This document shows, one piece after another, positions 35,393-46,351 of a DNA stretch of 64,000 nt; within the stretch, counting starts at the first letter, position 1; each line of letters begins with the position of its first letter. The translations under genes and the position numbers were made by a program. The stretch is from Fistulifera solaris. Its lineage: Eukaryota. The notes beneath the pieces are model-generated. The model searched no databases and was not told the origin of the DNA. It was given only the letters and a program-made list of their open reading frames with translations. The stretch spans positions 62,001 to 126,000 of the forward strand of contig AP026172.1 of NCBI GenBank assembly GCA_030295235.1. Reading direction: 5' to 3'.

Positions 35393-36240
35393 ATGCCTTT
35401 CGCATTACGCTTCCACTGTCTCCTGTTATTGTTTTACGCCGCCGTTCCGCTAAGCCAAGCAGCCTTGGTGGTCACGATTGGAGATTCGTATGCGGCTGGA
35501 ACAGGTGTACATGCTTTGCGAGAGCAATACGACGATACGTATTGTTACGTTGAAAAAGACACCATTCCGGGAGGAAAGTACGCTTCTACGCGAGGAATGC
35601 AGCACGTTGTGACAGCTTGCGCGGGTGATACGATCGATACGACTGTAGCACAATGGAACGATTTGCAGCTTCGCTACACTGACGAAGTTGCCAATCAATG
35701 GGAAGGGTCGGTGATTATTGTGTCCACAGGAGGGAACTCCGCACTAACTAGACGAGGTGAAAATTTTGAAGAAAGTCTGGCTCGAGTGTTAAGGACTCGA
35801 CGCTTTCACGAAGATGAGTTGAACCAAGTAGCAAACCTCGACGCGGTGCAAAACGAACTGGTAGATTTTTACTCGCAGCTGGCGGTAGATGCGGGAGAAG
35901 CAACTGTTCGCGTGATGGGCTATCCACTGGTTTTTAATTCAAATCGAATAAAATGCTTCATCCCTGGCATCCGTGTCAAGGAAGCCGACTTTTTGACAGC
36001 ACTGTAGTCGAATTGAATGAAGTGATTGTCTCGGCTATTGAAGAAGTGAAGACCACATTTTCTAATTTTGACATTCGCTACGTCGATGTTGCTCCGTCTT
36101 ATGGCAGTGGCGCATGCTCTCCTTTCAAATTCCGTCATATAAGAGACATCAATGTACGGGCTCCGGTTACCAGCTTTCATCCAACGCAACGAGGATATGA
36201 TAGATCATACGGGGCATTTTTGCGTACGATATTAACTTGA
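35393..36240 (+). CDS. Secreted SGNH/GDSL hydrolase, tandem paralog; T-run frameshift at ~35992
   Basis: Signal peptide, IGDSYAAG, ACAG, STGGN, SFHPTQRGY. Confidence 0.88.
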
Positions 36241-36897
36241 ATAGGTCGACGTTATGTAGGTGACTACCCCCACTGAATGAGCTGTCTTTCAAGAAATGTT
36301 AATATACCACGTAGCGGATTTAAATTAAACCCTGCGTTCCTTACTGCCGTTTACCAGCAACAGTATCACACATTCAAGTACACAATTCTGGCTTGACATC
36401 TTGCTTGCATCTTTTCACGTGAAACATGCTCAGAGACCACTTGACATTGTTCAACGTACTGACCAGGTGGCGCCTGGACCTATGTCGAGCCCCTCTTTAA
36501 TTTTTTTGTTATCTAGCCACTCACAACTCACAACAGCTAATGCATCAAAACATGAAATTGACGTCCCTTTCAAAAGAAAAAGCCGTGAATCTCATCCATC
36601 ATTCTTGTTTTGTCGCTCGTCTGGCACTGTGCTAACGTCACTAGCATGTTGTCGGCATCCAGGAGCTATGCACTTGAGATAAATGCGCTATTGGTCTGAA
36701 GCGATGGGTTTGATTCCCGACCATGTGCTTCAAAGAGGCAGACGACGTCTAGAAAAGGTAATAAGTTTGCTTCGTTCATGTGCGACAGAAACATCAACGA
36801 TCTCTAGATTGGGATACAGTGTGGCGTCCTGCATCCTGTGCATCAATGCTCTTGCATGAAACATTAAAAATTTGTAGCAAGCAGAATCTCAATATCC

Positions 36898-38244
36898 TCA
36901 CCGAATGGTTTTCATGTGTTCTTGATCATTTACCAACTGGACAAGTTGTAGTAAAAGCAGCGAAATCATCGGTTTCGTCAAACGCATCCAATATGGTTGT
37001 CCTTCTCCTTTCGCTTTGCTCTCAATGGTGTACCAACAACCTCCACCAAACACCAGTGTCAATCCCACCATTGTTCCTCGCGTAACATCTTCCCGAAACC
37101 AAGTAATCGCCATGACAATAGCGAACACGCGTTTACCAGCATTGAGTAAAGAATGCGTCAATGCCGAACAGTAGCCAAGAGTGATCATGGAGAGTGAATT
37201 GTACATCGGATGCCACGTCAAAATACCCCAATTTATTCCTTGGATTGCCGCATAAAAAACTTTGAAAGCAGCCGCTGGTGATTGATGCAGCCCCAACAAG
37301 AGAAATAGCACAATGGAAAACGCCAACATCAACCACGCCGATTGCCAAGAGAGTTTTGTGAATTGCATCAATGATTTTTCGAGAACACTGGTCGACGGTG
37401 GACTGCTATTCAATGGCTGGAGCAGACTGCTATTGTATTGTTGGCGTTGCAATACATTCCGCATCGAAAGCGTGAAACCGCTGAGCAGTGCAAAGGTTAC
37501 GGCATGGACATGTGGCTGGCTGTTTTTGAATTGAATGAGCGAAATGGCCGCCCCAACCGTCAGGATCATACTGCTGGCGACTCCCATGGTGAGTAATTTG
37601 CGTTCTTCGGGCAAAAAGATTCTCGTCAATAAGAGAATTTCGAACGGTTCTAACAGTTTAATGATTTGTACCTGCGGAAGGAAAGGTGTGAGCGATTCAG
37701 AAAGTGTGAAGGCATTACTAGGAAATTTTCTGACAAGACGTACAAGCGATGCAGAGCCGTACATGAAACCCAGATTGGTACAAATGCTTCCGATTCCGTG
37801 CAACGCAGACGAAAGGCTTTCGCGGAACTGAAATGTAACAAACGCGGAGCTGTCAGGGCTACGGAATGCCTGCTGTGTTGGAATAGAGAGCACAGCATGA
37901 AGCAGCAAAAGGACATAACCGACAAGTGCGCCTAAAAACAGTTGAAGCGCAGTGACAACCGAAGTGATCGCGGTGATGGTGAACAGTGATTTCGTCATGG
38001 GATTGTCTTCTGTTTGTACAAGTTCTTTCATGAAACCAGCAAAGCTTTGCATAGAAATGCCATTCATTCCGTTCGTATTATACCACGCGGCGACCATGAG
38101 AAAGAAAGAGGCATAATAGCGGGTTTGAGCAAAACATATCAGCCATGTTGACAGCTCTTGCTCTCTGTTGTGAACCAGCGGCAATGTCTCCTGTAATTTC
38201 GTTCGACTTGGAGCATCCTGTCTCGGCGGTGTCAACGACGACAT
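36898..38244 (-). CDS. Triose-phosphate/nucleotide-sugar transporter family (TPT/SLC35E-like); probable 72-bp intron 37672-37743
   Basis: AWY, TALQL, HGIGSICTNLG..SLVQIIKLLEP, YNSLSM...SALTHSLLNAGKRV; about 10 TMs; no plastid presequence. Confidence 0.85.
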   Translation of the reverse strand: MSSLTPPRQDAPSRTKLQETLPLVHNREQELSTWLICFAQTRYYASFFLMVAAWYNTNGMNGISMQSFAGFMKELVQTEDNPMTKSLFTITAITSVVTALQLFLGALVGYVLLLLHAVLSIPTQQAFRSPDSSAFVTFQFRESLSSALHGIGSICTNLGFMYGSASLVRLVRKFPSNAFTLSESLTPFLPQVQIIKLLEPFEILLLTRIFLPEERKLLTMGVASSMILTVGAAISLIQFKNSQPHVHAVTFALLSGFTLSMRNVLQRQQYNSSLLQPLNSSPPSTSVLEKSLMQFTKLSWQSAWLMLAFSIVLFLLLGLHQSPAAAFKVFYAAIQGINWGILTWHPMYNSLSMITLGYCSALTHSLLNAGKRVFAIVMAITWFREDVTRGTMVGLTLVFGGGCWYTIESKAKGEGQPYWMRLTKPMISLLLLQLVQLVNDQEHMKTIR

Positions 38245-38914
38245 GAGCGAACGCAAAGCTTTTTCGAAAGGTTCCGCGGCCTGTCGTCGATTTCCGAGCA
38301 AACTAGTTCGATCACAAAGGTGAGGAAGAGATTTATTCGACGATGAGTTTCATTTCGCCTTATATACTTTGTACCTGGTATTCATTCGTTGCAACCCCTT
38401 ATTTCGGGGGGGAAAATGAAATCCCAGATCGACTCACGATTGAAAATGCAGTCGTGGTAACGTTGACAGACACGTTAGTACGCAAGAAAGATATTGACCC
38501 ACAAAACTATTCATTTGACGCAAAGAATCGCTCGCTTTCTCCGACAAGAATATTTTGCGTCATGAAACGACCATCGATAACCGACATCGAATTGATTTCG
38601 ATACGTAGAAATGAACGAAAGATGCAATGCTTCGAGTGTCGACGTAGCTTTTACGTACCTCTCGTAGGGAAATTTATCGACAGAGGGAGAACCCGGACAT
38701 AAAAAGTCGTCTACACTTGGCTTCAGACAACAATTTGAGACGGTGAGACACCGCCTACGTCAGCAACGAGGAAATGAAACGCGTGCCTTTTTCACGCGAA
38801 CATCATAATGAACGCAAACGATGAAACAATAATAAAGCTTTCTCTTGTTACACTGAAGGATTCACTTATTCTTATTTATTCATCATTATTAAAGCATCCT
38901 TCTGCTTCCAGCTC

Positions 38915-40577
38915 ATGAGAACGATAACTTTTACCGCCGTTGCAATACAAATACAAGCGCTTCCTGCTGTTCATTCGTTTGGAGTACACAGGAAGGCACC
39001 GTTCTCATCGTTTCGTCTTTATCAACAACCCGAATGGTCCGATTTTGACGACTTTGTGGGCGATAAAACGGCCAATTTGTCTTCGTTCTTTGCACCTCGA
39101 CCCCCGGATTATTCGGCTTGCTCGACACGACAATTCTCGTTGGGTGCTGACCTCATTCTTTCTGATTTTGTCGGCAATATGGGCTTTGAAGAAGGTGCGT
39201 TTGTGCAACATTGTGTTGTTCTCACTATTCGATCCAACCTCATTCATACGAATACTTCATCTTTTACAACAAAGTAACGGACTGGGAATACTATTACCAA
39301 GATGAAGACGACCAATCGAATCGAAAAGTTGTACAACCGAATCCATTTGATAAGTCGAAACCGAAACGGACACGAACGAGTAGTGGTTCGCTTGTACGCA
39401 TCTTTCGTGCCGAATTTGTAGGGCAACTGGGAGGGATGTTGCGGGCACAAGGATTGGATCAGCGTTGTCTCATTAAAGAGTTTTGTGGGAATTTGGCCTT
39501 GCAGTTGGCACAGAAAGAAACGGAATCGCTGGGACGCATGCAATCCTTACTTCTGGCGAAAGACAAAGCCTATCAACAAGGAGAATGGAAAAAAACTGCC
39601 AGTGCTCGATCCGTACAACTACGTCAAGACAATGCGAATGTGGCTACTTTACTGCAGGAGTTGAAACAATCTCCGTTTGTGGGTATGCTGGGAGAAGTCA
39701 ATTTGGCGGAACTCGACGATGAATGGGATCCGAATGAGTTTTATCGGGCATTGGGAGTCAAGCCACCATCGCCTGATGCCATATGGTTAGTGTACGAATA
39801 CGCGGGACTCTCAACCATCCAGGCGTATGCCAACCCGGCTGTAATCAAACGGTCAAAACTGCCTCCGTCACGGGGATTCTTTGGAAATGTCATCGAACCA
39901 CCAGCTTTGCCGTGTTTTTCCGAGCGAGCGGATTTCATTGTGAAAGGGATTATCAAAGGTGCAATTGAGGCAGTTGCTCAATTGCACGAAGCTGGTTTAG
40001 TGCATCGTTCCATTGGACGGACCAGCATTTACCTGTCTAGTACGACACAAGACAAAACAGAGGCAGTGTCTGTATTCAATACGCGACGACAAATATTGCG
40101 CGTGAAAGTAGCGGACTTGGGGTTTTCGGGTCTGTACAAAGATTCGACGCAAAGTGAAGAATTCTGTGCCCGGGCACGAACGTTTGGTTTGTCGTTCCGA
40201 AAAGGAGATAACAATGTAGCGACGGCCAATTTCAGCATTGCCGAGGACATGCATGCCCTCGGATTTGTGATTCTTGCCTTATTGTTAAACACCTTGGCAG
40301 AACTACCAAATCCCAGCTTTCAAATGCCCAACACTGACGAAGATACTTTACAACGTCTATTGGGAGAAATTTTCGAAAAAGACATGGATCAATTTCGAGA
40401 ATATGTGGAAGCCGAGGATATTTGGACAGACCTCGTTCAACTACTGGATGAAAACGATCGTTCCGGTTGGAAGGTCTTGAAACGCTCATGCTAGCACGTG
40501 AAAAAGCTAGCAAGAACAAGGATACGCAGCAATCGTTTTCCATCCGAGGTCTACTCAACAGCCCTTTTTTCGCCTGA
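38915..40577 (+). CDS. Putative plastid-targeted kinase-like protein (STN7/8-related, probably a pseudokinase); intron 39195-39274, frameshift at ~40480
   Basis: Presequence ..AVHS-FGV; CLIKEF, WLVYEY, LHEAGLVHRSI, VADLGFS, EDMHALG. Confidence 0.75.
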
Positions 40578-40616
40578 ACGATGCTCGAAAGAATCGAAAA
40601 TGAGACGCTAATGACA

Positions 40617-42331
40617 TTACCTGTTGCTACGGGTTGGTGCTGAGGCGGCCGACGGGGGCTCCCATTTCAAATATTGAGGGAGACAAAGCAGCAGCTTTTT
40701 ACTGTGGCATGCAGACTCGTTAGAAATTTATTTTTCGACATAGACACAAATCATAAAATAGACTGCCTTCCACTTACTCCTTTTTCATGTAATTCCGAAT
40801 GATAGATTGTTTGACGTAGATGACATGCTGGCCTTTCCAAACCTAATCGCATTACAAATATCGCCAGTCAGAAACTAATGTTGACAAATCATACACCGAG
40901 AAACCACAGTTGTGTCCTTACCTTTATCATGTCGAGGTATTGTAAAGTGGAAATGATATCTTCGGATCGAATTCCAGTTTCCGCAGAAATCTGAGTTATA
41001 TTCGTATCCACTGCTACGTCGTGATTGGCAAAGTAAAGCATCAGAACGTGTGTCCAGTAACTACGATAGGACAGTTTTCCCAAATCCGACAAAGGCTTTT
41101 CGGGAGAGCCTGTTTTGTTTTCCCGCTTGGTCAGTTCGTACGAAAGGCTAATAATGAATTTCCCAAATCCGCACTTTTGATACTGTGGAAACGTCAAGAT
41201 GCAAGCCAAATTGTATCCCTCCGAGGAATTCTGTGAGATGATTAAAGAGATTCAGCGTTTCATCGTGAGCATGGGTGTGATTCTACAAACCATACTTCAC
41301 TTATGCACCCTTGACCTACCTTTTCTTTCGAGAAATATCCCACAATGTGTGCTCCTTCCGCATCCACTTTGGTGACAACGTAAAAGAGAAATGGCGTCGT
41401 TTCAAAGTACAACGTTTTGTGATCCAGAAACAACTTGGCAAACAGGCACAGCTTTTGACAATACACCCGGTGTTCTTTCCCATCAATTTCGTATACAGAC
41501 ACATCCTCATGACGGTATATTTCTTTTCCGGGAGGATGACGATGCGCACAGACGTGGTGTTTGTATGTCTTGAAGTTTTTCATATACGAGAGACAATATT
41601 CACAAACGTACAAGGTTTCCAAATCGCAATACGCTGCTGGAAATGGACTGTAATACCATGTTTCGACTTGCCATTTCCCAATCACAATGGTTTCAATGTT
41701 TTTGACCTTGGTGGCCTCTTCGTGTTCACGTTCGAGTGTCGGGTCTTCCCCATGCCAATTTCCACCCGAAAGTAAATCGATAGGTTCGGTTGTAGCAGAT
41801 GGGTCTGCCTCGTCATTTTCTCCAAAGGATTGTTGATTGGCAGGGTGATTTGACATACTACTCCGACGACGAGACGGCCGGCCTACGGCGCCTGCTGCAG
41901 AAGAAGACAAAGGATCGTTTTCGTTGGCCGCGTCTTCGGCGTGTCGTTGCAGTGTATTCAATTGAAATTTATCCAACGTAACCCATTCATCGAGACGTCT
42001 GTGACGGTAGGAAAGCAAATGAGTCGAAAGGGTGTAAAACATAAAAGAAGAAAACAAAACGCAACCACACATACCGATCATGATTTATGTAATGAACGTA
42101 ATACTCCACTTCATCCGCGGGAAGCGTGTCTAAATTAACCTCAGCTTCATTCTTTTTGTTCATAGCCTTGCGTTTCCGGTGATGAAGAGGTCTGCGGTGA
42201 ATGACAATTGCATCTAAATATTCTCCCTCCTCTTCACGCCATTGTACTTGACATCGGTCGTGAATTTGTAATGGCGCCGTTAGAGTCGTTTCTGTCGTTG
42301 CTGCAACTGCTTCCGCTGTTGTATCAATCAT
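40617..42331 (-). CDS. MYST-family histone acetyltransferase (KAT8/Esa1/Tip60-like), multi-exon
   Basis: Chromo-barrel YYVHY..DRRLDEWV, C2HC finger CEYCL, HPPG.EIYR, LFLDHKTLY, VGYFSKEK, ACILTFPQYQKCGFG, GSPEKPLSDLG. Confidence 0.95.
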
Positions 42332-42573
42332 TGTTAGGCTTGTGCTTCTGTAATATGGAAAGAAATACTGAACGAGACGATATTAGGATGAAAACAATGG
42401 TGCCAATTGATCAATGTGAAGTCGCGAAATATTTATTTACGGAGTGCAACATGAACGGACGATGGACAGCCTGCAAACAAGCGAAGTCCCGCCTATTTTA
42501 ATCACACGTCACAACAGAAAACCTATCACTAGAAAGATTGTTACTGAATTACACGCTCCAAACAATGCACTGA

Positions 42574-43785
42574 TCATTGCAAATTCAATTCGTGTGCCAA
42601 TTCTTTGATATCTTCGGCTTCATTTGGCTCCGGAATACCCGGTACTGGGCAGCACGAGACACCAATGGTATTTCGCGTGACCATCTCGGCCATTTGTTGC
42701 GCGCGCAGTGGATCCGTCACCCACGTGTGATAGAACTCAAAGGGACATTCGGCTTCTCCCTTTTCACCATCACCATTGGCGTAGACACCCGTATATCCTC
42801 GATGCGTCAATTTGAACAGTTGATTCTGCGATTGATCGTGCGCCCGTGCATCGCGAATGCCCGAAATGGAGAGTTGAGCGTACTGGATGCCATTGATTTC
42901 CGTACCACACTCGCCCAAAGTTCGACCATCGGCTCCAATAAGAGCCGAATGCCCAAAATACGTGTACACGCCATCAAATCCAGCCGCATTCGCGACCGCC
43001 ACGTACACTTGATTGCACCAGGCCATGCACTTGCTCACCATGACTTGCTGTTCCTTGGCGGGGTACATGTATCCCTGCGGCCGAATGATAAGTTCGGCGC
43101 CCCGCATGGCACAATCGCGCCAAATTTCGGGATAATTCCCGTCGTCGCAGATGATCATGGAGACTTTCATGCCTTTGGGTCCTGCGACGACCGAAGTGCC
43201 CAAATTTCCTGGCGTCCAGCCTTCAATCGGGGTCCACGGCAACAGTTTGCGATACTTTTGCACAATTTCTCCTTGATCATTGATCAACACGCAGGTATTG
43301 TAGGGATTCTTGTTCGGATGGTCTTCGTGTTGTTCACCGGTGACCGAAAAGACTCCCCACACTCCGACCTCGCGGCACGTTTCGCAAAAGAGATCAGTGA
43401 CCGGACCGGGGATGGTACATGCTGTATCAAACATTTCTTGTCGATCGTACATGATTCCCATGGTCGAGTATTCCGGAAAGACGATAAGATCCATGCCCGG
43501 CAAACCCATCTTGGTGCCTTTGACGATTTCACAAAGCTTCTTGGCATTCTCGATCACATCTTCGTTGGTGTGAAGACGGGGCATGGGGTACTGAAAGACA
43601 CAGACACCTACTGTGTCTGTTCGAATGAGGTATCGAAAGAGGAGAAAGAGTGTTGTGAGTTACTGGAGTATTTGTGCGTGTGCACGAAATCAACATTGAA
43701 GAAAATGCAGTCGATTTCTCGTAAAGTGTTACTCCGTAGTTTATTACGTACCGGCCGAGCTTGAGATATCTCCATGACGTGACAT
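42574..43785 (-). CDS. amiE: Aliphatic amidase (AmiE-like, nitrilase superfamily); intron 43617-43751
   Basis: Spliced N-terminus [16 protein letters not shown] matches bacterial AmiE; E-K-C triad in FPEYS, YRK and [16 protein letters not shown]. Confidence 0.93.
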
Positions 43786-44310
43786 CTTTCTTCTGCAATA
43801 GTTGCTAGCCAAAGTAAAAAGCAAAGGAATAATAATGATTGATGCTTGCACAAACGATGGATTGATCGATGACGACGATCCTGAAAAAGAATGAGAAAAC
43901 GAAAAAGAGTTTTGTGAGAGGATCGTAAAAACAAAAAGAAGTTAAAAGTTCCGCCTTCGTCGAAGGAACTTGTCGCAGCAGCAGCGACGATACTGGTACT
44001 ACGGAGTATTGGGATTTCATCCGACGTCACGTATCTTAAACCTTAATAGAGGAGGAGACGGAAGAATAAAGGTGCTTACTGCATACTGCATACAAGTGAC
44101 TGGTACTGTACCTGGTACTTGTACTGGGTAGGTCTCGCGTCTCGCCATCGATCAGGATCACAACTCACAACATCAACATCATTGTTGTGTTGAGTCTTCA
44201 TTCATTCAGTCGCAACGCTGTTACTCTTTCACTCCTCGTTATCCTTCAAACCCTCTTTATTCTACTCTACTCTCCGAGCCTTTTTCATTTCATTTTGCGC
44301 ATTTATCAGT

Positions 44311-45549
44311 ATGGTTCTACCGCTTCCGTTTCTCGCTGTCATCGGTGTCGCCGCATTGGCCATCGGCCTTGGGGTCTTTCAAAAACACCAACACCAACAA
44401 CAACAACCAATACACATTGAACCAAACGAAGGAATTACTTATGTCATTGGAGATTTACACGGTGATGCCGATTGCGGAAAATACTGGGTCGAACGATTGG
44501 GATTAATTGAAGATGATGTGTGGATGCAACCGAATGCATCCTTGGTATTTTTGGGTGATTATGTCGATAAGGGACCTTTTTCTTTGCAAACGATTGAATT
44601 TGTCAAAAGCTTAACGGATCGTTTTCCCGACAAAGTGACCGCATTGTTAGGAAATCACGAATTGGAATTGTTACGAGATCGCCATGACGAGACCGTCGTC
44701 AAATATGTACACTTGGCTTATTCCGCTGTTCATCCCGAGGACTTTTTGAACTACATTGACGAACCCACCGACGAAGATCGACAAATCATTGATGTCATTA
44801 TCAATGCCAGTATCGAAATTTATTCACATCGCATGCAGCAACAGATGCTGGCGACCCCTGTAGCGCATGCCCATGCTTACAATCGTAACAGTCTTTTTGA
44901 ATTATTTGCCGAAGAGGACCGGCCATATTTGCAACAAAAGATGGCTTTGTATCAACAAGCTTATTTGCAAACCTTTGCTTCTAACACCACACTGGGAAAA
45001 TGGTTGGAGACACGAAAAATTATTCACGTGGAGAATGGCGTAGTCTTTTGTCACGGAGGTTTGAGTGAAGGAATCATAGATCAAATCAATCAAGTAGGAG
45101 GTGTCGAAGCATTCAATGAACTATTTCAACAAAATGCGGACGATCAAACAATTCACAAATTTTTGCAAACACCCAAGGGAAAAGCCGTGTACAATATGTT
45201 AGTCTATCGAGGCAATCATCAACCTGAGGCGTGTCCGTCGTTGCAGCGCATCTTGGAACAACTCAATGTAACCAAACTGGCCGTGGGACACACGCCCGGA
45301 CAGAATGTTCGTACGCTGTGTGAAGAACAGTTCTGGGCCTTGGATTCGTTGTTGGGTCGCTGGATTCGAACGTCCGGAAATCAATATTGTCCCGTAGAAG
45401 GTCGTTCCTCACAAAATGGGCGGTTTGTTTGTCCTCCTCTTACAAAAATCCTGCATGGGACAAGTGACTCGATTTGCCAATGGGAAAGTAGACATTTTAA
45501 CGTAATTATTTTCATGAAAATTGAAAGATTTGTAGTTGTCTACCAATAG
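44311..45549 (+). CDS. Shewanella-like metallophosphoesterase (SLP-type) with N-terminal anchor; C-terminus possibly frameshifted
   Basis: GDLHGD, GDYVDKG, GNHE, CHGG and GHT motifs. Confidence 0.85.
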   Translation: MVLPLPFLAVIGVAALAIGLGVFQKHQHQQQQPIHIEPNEGITYVIGDLHGDADCGKYWVERLGLIEDDVWMQPNASLVFLGDYVDKGPFSLQTIEFVKSLTDRFPDKVTALLGNHELELLRDRHDETVVKYVHLAYSAVHPEDFLNYIDEPTDEDRQIIDVIINASIEIYSHRMQQQMLATPVAHAHAYNRNSLFELFAEEDRPYLQQKMALYQQAYLQTFASNTTLGKWLETRKIIHVENGVVFCHGGLSEGIIDQINQVGGVEAFNELFQQNADDQTIHKFLQTPKGKAVYNMLVYRGNHQPEACPSLQRILEQLNVTKLAVGHTPGQNVRTLCEEQFWALDSLLGRWIRTSGNQYCPVEGRSSQNGRFVCPPLTKILHGTSDSICQWESRHFNVIIFMKIERFVVVYQ

Positions 45550-46351
45550 TCGATCTAACATGACACACTCGTTCTTAGCTAAGAGTTTAGATTGACTCTC
45601 CCTTTACCTCCTGTTGTCTAAAACATTGTTTAGAATTGCGGCAAATCAGCATGAATCAAAGAATCATTTCCGTAGTTGACGAACGTGTGATTGAAAAAGT
45701 AACACGAGCCACGAGCCACGAACCATCGAGATTCGAACGACCTCTACCTCTACCAGTACCTCTCCTCGTTGTTGTCGCGTTGTTCAGTTCAGTCACGATT
45801 TCTTTCACACGATCGGAGGGAGACGGAGTGAATACCGCGAATTTTGAATCCATCGTCAAGGCTACATTGAGATTCACACTGCGAAAGTGTCTCGAGTCAA
45901 AAGTGTACTTTTTCTCTTTCTGTTCTTAAGTAAAAACAGCCTATTAATCGACTACATCCGGGAGTCACTTAGAGGCCCAAGCAGAAGCGGCTTTCACGAA
46001 TTTGTCAATAAATTTGTTAGCCAGTGGCACGCTGGCCTGTTCGTTGGACCTCGTGGTCACGCATGTCGGTTTTCACGGGGAAAATAATTGTCGGGTTGAT
46101 TCTCTCGTTGCGCAACAAATGCATGTTGTTGCGCAGGAGAAAAAAAAAGAAAAGACAATCCGATATCGTGATCGACTTTCTTTTTGCAAAGGACAATTTT
46201 TCTTTTGATTTAAGAACGTGCAATCTTCTTCCTCTTGTTGAAGAAAACTTGCGAAACGGAGATTCTTTATACAGCGAAACGCGCGGGAAATTTCGAACGC
46301 CTTCTTTGTTAATCACGTGACTTTGATTGCTTCGCATCTATATTTGAAAGA

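Noticed and set aside
36660..36730. tRNA or tRNA-derived SINE (GGGTTTGATTCCC resembles a T-arm/B-box)
   Set aside because: I could not build an acceptor stem, D-arm or anticodon arm.
42577..43764. 395-aa antisense ORF over the amidase
   Set aside because: It mirrors the amidase codon for codon, which codon bias explains, and has no protein-like motifs.
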